NCBI GenBank assembly: GCA_030141605.1
Contig: JAQGDQ010000060.1
Span: 248,001-312,000 of the forward strand
Length of the DNA: 64,000 nucleotides
From: Tubiluchus corallicola
Lineage: Eukaryota; Animalia; Priapulida
Direction of reading: 5' to 3'
Shown here piece after piece: positions 48,601 to 60,600 of the stretch. Position 1 is the first letter of the stretch. Every line of letters starts with the position of its first letter. The notes under the pieces are model-generated. The model saw nothing but the letters and a program-made list of their open reading frames with translations, did no database searches and had not been told where the DNA came from. Made by a program: the position numbers and the translations under genes.

Positions 48601-51600
48601 GGACGACCATGCTGCAGAGGAGGGGGCATTCCGAATCTGCTCTTATTCGTCAGCAAAACAGGAAGAGTAAGGCGCCTGCACCTCCTCCGCCGAGTGGGCT
48701 GCCCGGCCTCAGTGATCAACAAGAGCACCATCTGGTGTTGAATCAGAAAAATACCGAGGATCACATTGCGAGGTTGGATATGCTCATAGGAAAAACCGGC
48801 GTGCAAGGTATGTAATTTTCATTGTACGATTGAGCAATTTTTCAAGTTGTAATTAAAGTTTTTAATGCCTGTTTCGAGTTTATTTGATTTGAATTTTTTC
48901 GGTCGCAGGGTTTAACTAATTTTGGTGACAGTGATTTTTTTACTTTATTCATTTTGCTTTATTTTCGTTGCAGATTTATTCAATGAATTATTTGTAATAA
49001 ATAATAATCCTGTTATCCTAAACTTCCAAGCATTACGTGATTTTGCCATGTCTAATTAAAGCAATATGTGTACTGCTTGTTGGGCTGTAGTTAGACTCTC
49101 CATTTGACTGCGAATTTAACATATTTCAGGTGTGAAGAATTGTATCACTTTTGCTTTTTATAGTACACCTTGTTCTGGCTATTTTTTAAATACATGTATT
49201 GTTACACTCACATTTGCTATGTAAAGCTACATCAACAAACTGTTTGATTTGCTGTCAACTAAATGATGTATAGGCACTTCCCAGCCCTCTTCAGTGTTGC
49301 TTACCTGCTAAGCCAAATTCGGAGAAGTTTTATTAATTTCTACAAGAATTGAGCTGCTGTCTATATTGTTCACACCTTCAGAAGTGCTGTGCTGCTCTGT
49401 CTCAGACTTATTGTTCACACCTTCAGAAGTGCTGTGCTGCTCTCTCTCAGACTTATTGTTCGCACCTTCAGAAGTGCTTTGCTGCTGTGTCTCAGACTTA
49501 TTGTTCACACCTTCAGAAGTGCTGTGCTGCTCTGTCTCAGACTTATTGTTCGCACCTTCAGAAGTGCTGTGCTGCTGTGTCTCAGACTTATTGTTCACAC
49601 CTTCAGAAGTGCTGTGCTGCTCTGTCTCAGACTTATTGTTCTTACCTTCGGAAGTGCTGTGCTGCTCTGTCTCAGACTTATCGTTCTTACGTTCAGAATT
49701 GCTGTGCTGCTCGTTTTTTAGAACTTTCTTCACTCAAATTCAACATTTCTAATTAATTTTCCTCTCTAATCAAGAATTTGCTGCAAAGTCGTGCACTTTT
49801 TATAGAGCTTAATCGCCATCTTGTTTCTCGAATCTGAATTAGTAAGCAACGATTGCTAGCAAAAATGGCACAAAGTATTAATAAAAAAAATGTTCTTTTG
49901 AGCTAAGGAGTTGATTGTCTGAAATCTTTAGACACGTTAAAACCATGCTGAAAGACAGACACTAAACATAAGGCTAGACCTCATGCTCATGCAGTGCACA
50001 AATTATTTTTGTATAGGTCGGAAAAAGAGGAAAGCTCCTCAACCGCCTAGCAACAGAAACACCATTCACATTACCTCCGATATCACGTCTCTCACTAACG
50101 CCGTTCCTTCTGCGCGACGCCCTCTCTCACTAGCAGCCTACTCGACAGTAGACATGGACACCTCTTGCAACCTCACCTCACCGTCTAGCTGTAATTCAAG
50201 TGTGACCATTGACCTTCCTTCTGAGTGTAACTCCCCACAGACTTCTCCCGCCAACCGCACCGAAGATGTGGTTACTAACATGGTGGATAGTTTTACAAAA
50301 TCACCAGGTGATGGCGCTGTTACTAACAGGGTAAATGCTCATCTTTACGGTGCAATTGCAGGTAACTGCTTCACGCTTATTATTTCCTTTTAAAACACTG
50401 AAACTAGTTTAATTTTTGCTAAACACATACTATTGCACTAATGGGACGGGTCGTCCAATGGTATTGCCATGACTGACGCTGTTCTTTATTGTTGTCATGG
50501 TTACATAGTGACATTGTCATTGCTTAACATTGCAGTGAAGAAGTGTTGACACAAATGATGCAATGCAGTATGTTTAAAGCTATGAGGACTAACTGTGTAA
50601 ATCGTTTTTTTCTTTTACATTTTTTTATTTTTGTATTAATCATTGTTTATTTTCAATTTACATTTTATTAGAATTGTAATGATTACATGCGACTGCAAGT
50701 AATGCAATTATACACTTGCATTGTTTTTTTAACTCGCCCCTAGATGGCAGACAAAACATTGCCCAGTCACCATAGCAACGCCAATTTTAGCAATGCCCAT
50801 TCCAGTAGTGTGATGCTAGAAGCTACAGCAGGACAGTGAACATAGCAGCTGCGTGTCACAAACACCATGGCAACCTATTTTGCTTGCTGCTGCCTGAAAT
50901 TTTACACAATTTTTTTTACAAATGTCATTAGTGCACACAAAACGTTTATGTCATACATTTGCATAAATAACATATTTAGATATTTCATTAGCTATTTGAA
51001 GATTCTGGGTGTTCTTGTTTAAGTAGGCAAATAATTTAACTACTTGAGAAAAATCAGCCGGTGCCCCATGAAAAACGCTTCATTTACTGAGCAAAACAGC
51101 ATAAAACAGTTTTTAAAATTTATCGAAAATGCACAAGACCCAAAAGTGATCTTGACGCAAAAATGTGATACCCTCCTTCTTGATAGATCCATTGACTGTT
51201 TTTACCTGCAAATACTCGTAACAAAATTAACCAATACAGCGTAACTGGCCAGCAAGCTAATCAGGCACAACAATGAAACTGTCATTGCGCTATTTGCAGT
51301 CGCATGTAAATAGAGTTAGGTAAAAAAAATCACTCGCGATAATTTCTGCAGAAGGGAATGTGGAATCACCATCTTTTGTAGAATTACGATAACTGATTGA
51401 AAAAAGCTGTAGCTAATGTTAGAGTAATCTTTTCTTCTAACGATTATGTCATGTCATGTCAGTCGTTATCTATGTGGTAACATGTACGGTAGTGCTTATT
51501 GTAGAGCACATCCCATTCTTCAAATGCCGATGTGCATTTTAATTCTAATATTTGCCAAATTTTTTTCTGATGTGTTGTTATTGATTTCAAAGATGACCTG

Positions 51601-54600
51601 CATAGAGAAGAAATTTTGTCTACGTCTTCCGTTGATACAACAGATGAAATTGATCTGTCTTTTGAAGATACGATTGCAGCTGGAGAAGAAGCAATCAAGG
51701 AGGATGGTAAATGGATTAAGTTATATTTCATTTTGTAGCACATTAACCCTTTCACTATGGAAGGTGGCACACTGTTGCCCATGTTTTTTATGTAAGGGAC
51801 GGAAGGCGGTATGCTGCCGCCCAAGCTCAGCACTAAGCACAGTCACCTGGGTCTGTTTATTTTACTACTATGGCCATACAAAAACATTATAGAAAAGTTT
51901 AATATCTGAGGGTTTGTGATTGCTTCGCAATAAGTAACGCTCGCCAGCCAATTAGCGTCTGAAGCCAGGTGCATTCCACAATGCTGTGTTATATGGTACG
52001 TTCTCACACAAAATCACTTGTTGATGGTTGGTGAAGCATATGTTTAGTCGCTTTTTCTGTATTGCTTATAAAATGACTGCATAATAAAGATTAGTATTAT
52101 GACTTCTGTGAAAATTGGTTTCTAAATATAAGTACATGCTTATTTGCGAAAGTTGCATGTATGTGAGTTCATGCATGTGTGCGCTGATGTGTGTGCATGT
52201 GCACAAATAAAACTATTATTCAATATTAGTGTTTAATAGCAGATGACTGTTTGTTTAGTTACTAGATTCTGTTTTAGTAACACACCACAAGAAGTTATTG
52301 TCAAATATGCGAAACACAATATGGGCCAGTTAAAAAGCAACTACTTAGTGAAAGGGTTAATTAATTAATGTTCTGTGTTCTGAATATTATTTTGTTTGCT
52401 TATTTTGGTTTCGTTAACTTTATCTAGCTTTTGTTGTCAAGTGTGTTAAGCACTAAGGCAGCAACAAAGTTTTCTCTTATTAGGAGATTTGTTTTAGGCT
52501 GTATTTACGATTATTAACTTTTCTATTTTTTCAACAGCTGAGACGGCTGAACAAATGCATGAATTTGTGGAGAAAATCGAAACAATGACGTCTGCGATCA
52601 AAGAAGATATTGAATCGACTGATAGCAAGTTAAGCAGAGCAGAAGAACACGCGGAGGACAAAGTACAAGACAGTGCCAAGAAAGAGTCAGCTCCTGCTGT
52701 TGCCGATCTGCAAGAACCTGAAATTGATAAAGAATTAGTTGTTGAAAAACAGAAAGAACCTGTAACCGATTTCGAACTCGTTGCTGAGGATGATAGAGAA
52801 CTAGATAGGAAGAAAGAAATGGAATCGGAAGAAACTGTTCAAAGTACATTGTCAGTATCAAGCAATATGCAGGCCGTGAGCACGGCCCAGGCTGAAGTTG
52901 ATTTAGAGAATAAATCTGAAGATTCCGATGTTGTGGTGAAGAAAAACCGATCAAAAGTGAGTAACATGGTGTTCCCGTCTGAAAAGCGTAGAGAAAAACA
53001 CGACGATGTAAGAAGTCAGATAAAAGAAGCTTTCAAAGAACTTGTAAAGCAGAACGAAAATGAGCCTAGTAACATTACTAATGAGAGTGATTATTATCCT
53101 AAACACTTGTCATTGGAAAGTATTGGTAACGATAAGAGCAAGAGCAGTTCTTCTAGCACAAGCACTCTCGATGAAAGCATTGAGAAGTGGAACGTGCAAC
53201 AGAATAAAGCGGAAAAGGAAGACAACTTTAATATCGTTGGAAAAAATACCATATCCCTTTCATTAGCTGCACAAAAGCAAGAGAAGGCATTTGAGAATGG
53301 TATAAATTCCAAAGGAAATGACCAGAATACAGAGCAGTCGATGAATCGTGATGTGGGTGCTGTGACGCCCGATTCATCAGCTACGAAGCTGCAGTACTAT
53401 ACTCATGAAACACCCGCCGCACGGCTTCGTCAAAGCAACATTATTTACCAATCCTCTCCGGCTGATACTGGAAAAATTGGGCGGCTGATTATAAACGACT
53501 CGGAGCAAAAGGCTTCAGAACCAATGGCAAAACCTAAAATTGAGAAGAATGATGATGCGCACAGGGGAGAGAAGAAACCGCCTCCGTTCAGGACTGTGCT
53601 CACATTTGGTGTAAACGATGATAAACAAGGCGTCTACGAAAAGGAAGTTAACGATGTTAGCATGTATGAAGATCATGATAGATCACAGTCAATTCTTGAA
53701 GCCTCCACACACGTGCTGGAAGTTACCCGCGAAGAAACAAAGGAGCCAGAAACGTTTTATTTTACCGGAGAAGATTTAGGGAGTGGAGAATCGGGTGCTA
53801 CGGAACGAAGAAGGATGTTTAGTGATGACGTGTTCGAGAAAGGCCCCGCGGAATCCGGTGTAAAAGTGCAACCTTATTACGATCCACTGCATCCAACAGT
53901 GTATCCTTCAGCTCGGGCCCTTGCGAAGTCGAAGGTACCGAAAAATAGAGAAACAAAAAATGCATCTGATACAGCTGGTCAGAGCAGCTTGATTAAAGCT
54001 AGTGGAAATAGCAAAGACATGCCTCTATTAGGTATGATCAGTGCTTCAAAAAAGTATAATGTTAATGGAACAACGAGCGTTTATAAGTCACAGACGTCTT
54101 CCGCTACCAGAACTGAGCAGCTTCCCATAATTTCACCCAGCGGTGCAAAAATCACCAAGAAAATAACCACTGTCACTGTTGAGGGTGGAACAAAACCTGA
54201 TCCAGGTAGAGAGAAGCTCACTGACACGTTCGACAATCAAGCGAAGTACGATGAACATAAGCATGATTTATTGCCTGCCAGTAGTGAATCAGTTATGAAA
54301 CCGTTGATGGTAGACGTGACTGATAGCACAGTAAAAGATGAGGATGTTTCAGAGCAGACGAAGTTACTTCAAGCACAGTACGAGCAAATGCATCAGAAGT
54401 TTGCTGCATTTCAACAACAGATGGAAGAAAATCAGAAACTTCTTGAACAGACAAATTCTCTGCCAAGCGAGCAGCTTCATCTCCTTCAGGAGTTGCAGTC
54501 TCAGATGTCGCGGAATCAGCAATTGCTACAGCAACAGTTGCTGCTTAATCCTCCACTGGATCAGCAGAGTCCAGTCACTGAGACTGGTGCAACAGGCTTG

Positions 54601-57600
54601 ATGTTGCAGAATCAGTCGTTGCTACAACCACAGTCATTGTACAAAAACCCAAGTTTGACCTCTGGGCCTGTGGATGTGGAGAATTTGCCACGAGGGTCAA
54701 AAATGCAACAGCCGCCATCTAGTATGCCCAAGAACCAAATGAGTACAGTCAGCAGCACATCTTCATTTTCAGACAGCCGGGCACAGCCTGGGATTGGCAC
54801 ATCAACTGTACCCCAACGACGTGCCACGCCTACAATTGTGTCCATTAAAGCTGAAGCGCCTAGAGTGTCACCGTCCCGTAGCCTATCAGTGCCGGCACCC
54901 CCACCGCCACCTTCTGTAGAATCTCAAGTTATGTCGGCACGGGCAGCCTTACGACCAGCGTCCAGTAGACCCGTGCCCCAACATAAGCCGGCGTCGGAGT
55001 CATCAATGAACCCACGCGAAGAACTGTTGATGCAGATCAAAACTCATGCGGGACTTTATGGACTGAAAAAGGTTTGTTTTTAATCGCATTCTTGTGTCAT
55101 ATTTATACATCAGCTACATTTCAAGCTTTCGATGCTTCTTCCAAGTTACATAATACTATAGAAAAAAATGCAATATCCTTTATAGTCTCAAAGATTATAA
55201 TATTTATTCAGTAGTAGCTTTCTTTTGTCCTAGTGGGCCTCATTAGCTGAATGGAAAGTGCTGGTAACTTGTCCTAAGTTGAGAGTTAGCAGCACTTTCC
55301 ATTCAGCGGATGAGGCCCGCTAGGGTAAAAGCTACTACTGAGTAAATATTATAATCTTTGAGACTATAAAGGGCATTATGTTTTTTCTCCTTTAATGATG
55401 ACAAATCTCAGAAGGGCTCTCTCGTATTACATGCTGGTAATTCAGCAGACTTGTATTCGTTTTCTGATGTAACGATGTGCCGTAATGCGTCTTCTGTTTG
55501 TTTAGCACTTTTGTCACTGTTTTATTTACTGCACCATATCAGAGAAATGAAAAGTGCTGACTGTGCAGTAGAAGTGCTGTTGGGCACTTGTATGATTATT
55601 GATTATTTGTCAGTTGACAGAGGTTATGGGTTGATTTATTTGAGTTTATACTATGCATGAAATGATTTGCCAGGTCTTGCTGCACTGTGCAATGCACCGA
55701 CATGTTATGTTTTTAAATTACTGTCAAGTGAGGTACAGGTCCAACATGTTATGTTTATAAGTTACTCTCCAGTGAGGTACAGGTCCAACATGTTATGTTT
55801 TTAAATTACTGTCAAGTGAGGTAAAGGTCCAACATGTTATGTTTTTAAATTACTGTCAAGTGAGGTACAGGTCCAACATGTTATGTTTATAAGTTACTCT
55901 CCAGTGAGGTACAGGTCCAACATGTTATGTTTATAAGTTACTCTCCAGTGAGGTACAGGTCCAACATGTTATGTTTTTAAATTACTGTCCAGTGAGGTAC
56001 AGTGTTCCCTCACTTATCGAGGGTGTTCTGTTCCAGGCCCACCCGCAATAAGTGAATTTCCGTAAAGTAGGGACGCTATATTTATTTAATACTTACGCGT
56101 TTGGGTGGCATCATAGGGCATGAATAAATTCAGTCTCTTACGAAAATTTCACAAATAGCATACAAGAAAACAAATTACACAGTACCTGAGCCAATCAGCG
56201 ACTGGGATACAGAGCAGCATTGTCTGGTTGGTCGCTTTCCTGCAATCAACCAATCGTGTGTTGTGTACAATCTCAAGTCGGCAAGTAGCATCTCAAGCAG
56301 ACGCAAGTACTACATTTCGTTTTTGGTGTTTATTCATCTGCTGAATAAATACACTATTTACTGTAAATGGTAATTTTTTATGATTTATAATATTTTTGAA
56401 ACAGCGAGTCCGCGATAAATGAACTGCAAAGTAGCGAGGAAACACTGTATTTATGTTTTTAAGTTACTGTCAAGTAAGGTACAGTGTGTAACATGTTTCT
56501 TTTAAATTACTGTCAAGTGAGGTACAGGTCCAACATGTTATGTTTTTAAATTACTGTCAAGTGAGGTACAGGTCCAACATGTTATGTTTTTAAATTACTG
56601 TCCAGTGAGGTACAGTGTTCCCTCACTTATCGAGGGTGTTCTGTTCCAGGCCCACCCGCAATAAGTGAATTTCCGTAAAGTAGGGACGCTATATTTATTT
56701 AATACTTACGCGTTTGGGTGGCATCATAGGGCTTGAATAAATTCAGTCTCTTACGAAAATTTCACAAATAGCATACAAGAAAACAAATTGCACAGTACCT
56801 GAGCCAATCAGCGACTGGGATACAGAGCAGCATTGTCTGGTTGGTCGCTTTCCTGCAATCAACCAATCGTGTGTTGTGTACAATCTCAAGTCGGCAAGTA
56901 GCATCTCAAGCAGACGCAAGTACTACATTTCGTTTTTGGTGTTTATTCATCTGCTGAATAAATACACTATTTACTGTAAATGGTAATTTTTTATGATTTA
57001 TAATATTTTTGAAACAGCGAGTCCGCGATAAATGAACTGCAAAGTAGCGAGGAAACACTGTATTTATGTTTTAAAGTTACTGTCAAGTAAGGTACAGTGT
57101 GTAACATGTTTCTTTTAAGTTACTGTCAAGTGAGGTACAGCGTGTAACATGTTGTTTTTAAGTTACTGTCAAGTGAGGTACAGTGTGTAACATGTTGTTT
57201 TTAAGTTACTGTCAAGTGAGGTACAGTGTGTAACATGTTGTTTTTAAGTTACTGTCAAGTGAGGTACAGTGTCCAACGTGTTGTTTTTAAGCTACTGTCA
57301 AGTGAGGTACAGTGTGTAACATGTTGTTTTTAAGTTACTGTCAAGTGAGGTACAGTGTGTAACATGTTGTTTTTAAGTTACTGTCAAGTGAGGTACAGTG
57401 TCCAACGTGCTGTTTTTAAGTTACTGTCAAGTAAGGTACAGTGTGTAACATATTGTTTTTAAGTTACTGTCAAGTGAGGTACAGTGTGTAACATGTTGTT
57501 TTTAAGTTACTGTCAAGTGAGGTACAGTGTCCAACGTGTTGTTTTTAAGTTACTGTCAAGTGAGGTACAGTGTGTAACATATTGTTTTTAAGTTACTGTC

Positions 57601-60600
57601 AAGTGAGGTACAGTGTGTAACATATTGTTTTTAAGTTACTGTCAAGTGAGGTACAGTGTGTAACATGTTGTTTTTAAGTTACTGTCAAGTGAGGTACAGT
57701 GTGTAACATGTTGTTTTTAAGTTACTGTCAAGTGAGGTACAGTGTCCAACGTGTTGTTTTTAAGTTACTGTCAAGTGAGGTACAGTGTCCAACGTGTTGT
57801 TTTTAAGTTACTGTCAAGTGAGGTACAGTGTCCAACGTGTTGTTTTTAAGTTACTGTCAAGTAAGGTACAGTGTGTAACATGTTGTTTTTAAGTTACTGT
57901 CAAGTGAGGTACAGTGTCCGACATGTTGTTTTTAAATTACTGTCAAGTGAGGTACAGTGTCCGACATGTTGTTTTTAAATTACTGTCAAGTGAGGTACAG
58001 TGTGTAACAATATTATTATTACATTTTTTATGCAGTTTATGAATGCCACTATAGTATTTGTGTGCTTGCACTCAAACATGTCCATAAGTCGGCAATTAAG
58101 CTTTTCTAGTTATTCTCACATCCCGAGTCTCCATTTCGTGAGAATCATTTTCATACCAAGCTCATCGTTCTATGTTATTTCTAAGCTGAGATAATCCACA
58201 TTGAAGTTGAAGTACAAGTTGCATACTGAAAAACATAATCTTGAGTAAGTTTGCCATTGTTTTTTGTCTCGTTTCTGCAAAGCACGCAGCAACTGTACAA
58301 AATATTGGTTCCTATGGACGTTTGCAAGAAGACATTGAAGTTATGTTTAAATCCAGTAGGTATATGGGCGTGGCAGCAGAAAAAACCGGTTACGAAATGA
58401 TTGCTTTCACGAGTGTTACTATTGGAGTTTGAAAATGCGAGTTTTTCACAATTGTAATACTAGTTTTCAGCCAGAGATGGGTAGAAGGTTGTAAAACTTA
58501 ATTTTTAATATTTTTTGAAGATTTTCCTGATTATTTGATGATAGAATATGAAAGTCCAATATATTTGTCATTCATTTTTACAAGAAAACAAAAAATTGAC
58601 ATTTATCACATTCCTTCGAAGCATCATAACTGTACCGACTTATGAACGGCTTTACTTTGCAAGTATGCATTTTATTTGTTGTTTTTTTATGTATTGCGTG
58701 CAAACTTAGGTAAACCGCTTAAACTACATTTATACTTTTTTCAGATCCTTCTGCTCTTTTCTGAACATTATTATTTTACCCCAGATTTTTTTCGTTCTTT
58801 TTCTGCATGAACATTATTATTTTGTCGCCAGGTTTCACACAGTCGAGAAAAAGCACCCGCACTTGCACCACCTGTCTCGTCTAGAGATGAGCTGCTACAG
58901 TCCATTAAAGAATTTGGTGGAAGACCTGCATTAAAGAAGGTGATTAGAATTTTTCCACTTTTTTTGGTTACACTGCATGCCACACATTTTTTTGTGAAAT
59001 GGACAATGTTATCAAAGTGGCTGGCTTCCCTCACACTTACCCCTTTTTACAATGTTATTTATCTTTTACTTGTAATCCCATTGTGTGAAATAAATAGATA
59101 TTGTACATTGTCATTTAGTTTTGCAATGAAGTATCCTTTAGAATTGCAATAAATTTAATAATAATAACAATAATTTCTTTTTTACGAGCATTACACTGCG
59201 CTTCACCCCTACGCTGCCTTCCCCCACACTTACCCCTTTTTACAACGTTATTTATCTTTTACTTGTAAGAGAATTGTGTGAAATAAATAGATTCTGTACA
59301 TTGTCATCTAGTTTTGCAATGAAGTATGCTTTAGAATTGCAATAAATTTAATAATAATAACAATAATTTATTTTTTACGAGCAGTACACTGCGCTTCACC
59401 CCTACGCTGCCTTCCCCCACACTTACCCCTTTTTACAACGTTATTTATCTTTTACTTGTGAGAGAATTGTGTGAAATAAATAGATTCTGTACATTGTCAT
59501 CTAGTTTTGCAATGAAGTATGCTTTATAATTGCAATAAATTTAATAATAATAACAATAATTTATTTTTTACGAGCATTACACTGCGCTTCACCCCTACGC
59601 TGCCTTTCCTCACACTTACCCCTTTTTACAACGTTATTTATCTTTTACTTGTAAGAGAATTGTGTGAAATAAATAGATTCTGTACATTGTCATCTAGTTT
59701 TGCAATGAAGTATGCTTTAGAATTGCAATAAATTTAATAATAATAACAATAATTTATTTTTTACGAGCAGTACACTGCGCTTCACCCCTACGCTGCCTTC
59801 CCCCACACTTACCCCTTTTTACAACGTTATTTATCTTTTACTTGTAAGAGAATTGTGTGAAATAAATAGATTCTGTACATTGTCATCTAGTTTTGCAATG
59901 AAGTATGCTTTAGAATTGCAATAAATTTAATAATAATAACAATAATTTATTTTTTACGAGCATTACACTGTGCTTCACCCCTCATTACAATAAAATACAA
60001 TTAGGCGTAAATTTACAAAATTAAAATACAAGTAAAAATGTTAAAAACAGAAAAGCGAGCATTTCGAAAACAGCAATGGATTAGCTACGCACTTGAAAAT
60101 TCTTTAAATAGATTGAAAAAATGGAATATATTATAGCAATCAGGCAAAATGAGAATTAAGTGAAATTACTTAGATTTGCTTCTGATTGTAAGTCTGTAAT
60201 AAAAAAATAATACCTACTATAATAACGAACATGAGACATATCTAGTACAAATAGTTACTACAGTGTGTATGAATTTCTAAGCAAGTATGTCTTTAATCTT
60301 CACTTAAAACAGTACTTTGATTTTATGTTACATAGATGACACGTTAATCTGTTTCACAAACTTATCAATTTTGCATATGAGTAATATCATTATCTAGTGA
60401 GTTATGTTTATTTTGTGTCAGTGCTTGTCTGAAATTTTTGCTTTCGTAAAGTTAGATAAGTTAAAAAGATGAAAAACATTGAGCTTGGCCAGTGCTAAGA
60501 TGAATTTCATTTCTGTCTGTCAAATGCCAGTTGACCGCAGAGATCAGTCTGCATTAATGCAGGAGGCTTACCCGCAGGTGTAATACTTGTTACCTGATTT

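Larger units (their letters stand above)
55697..58010. repeat. 43-44-bp minisatellite array containing two MITE copies
   Basis: catgttgtttttaagttactgtcaagtgaggtacagtgtgtaa repeated. Confidence 0.97.

Noticed and set aside
49308-49756. Repetitive ORFs in four frames (NNKSETEQHSTSEG; Cys-rich)
   Set aside because: A stop-free 45-bp unit explains them; exons 7 and 8 join in phase without this segment.
60531-60577. Extra Cobl-like exon (ccag|TTGACC...CAG|gtgtaa)
   Set aside because: Weak splice sites, and an in-frame TAA when joined in phase 0.
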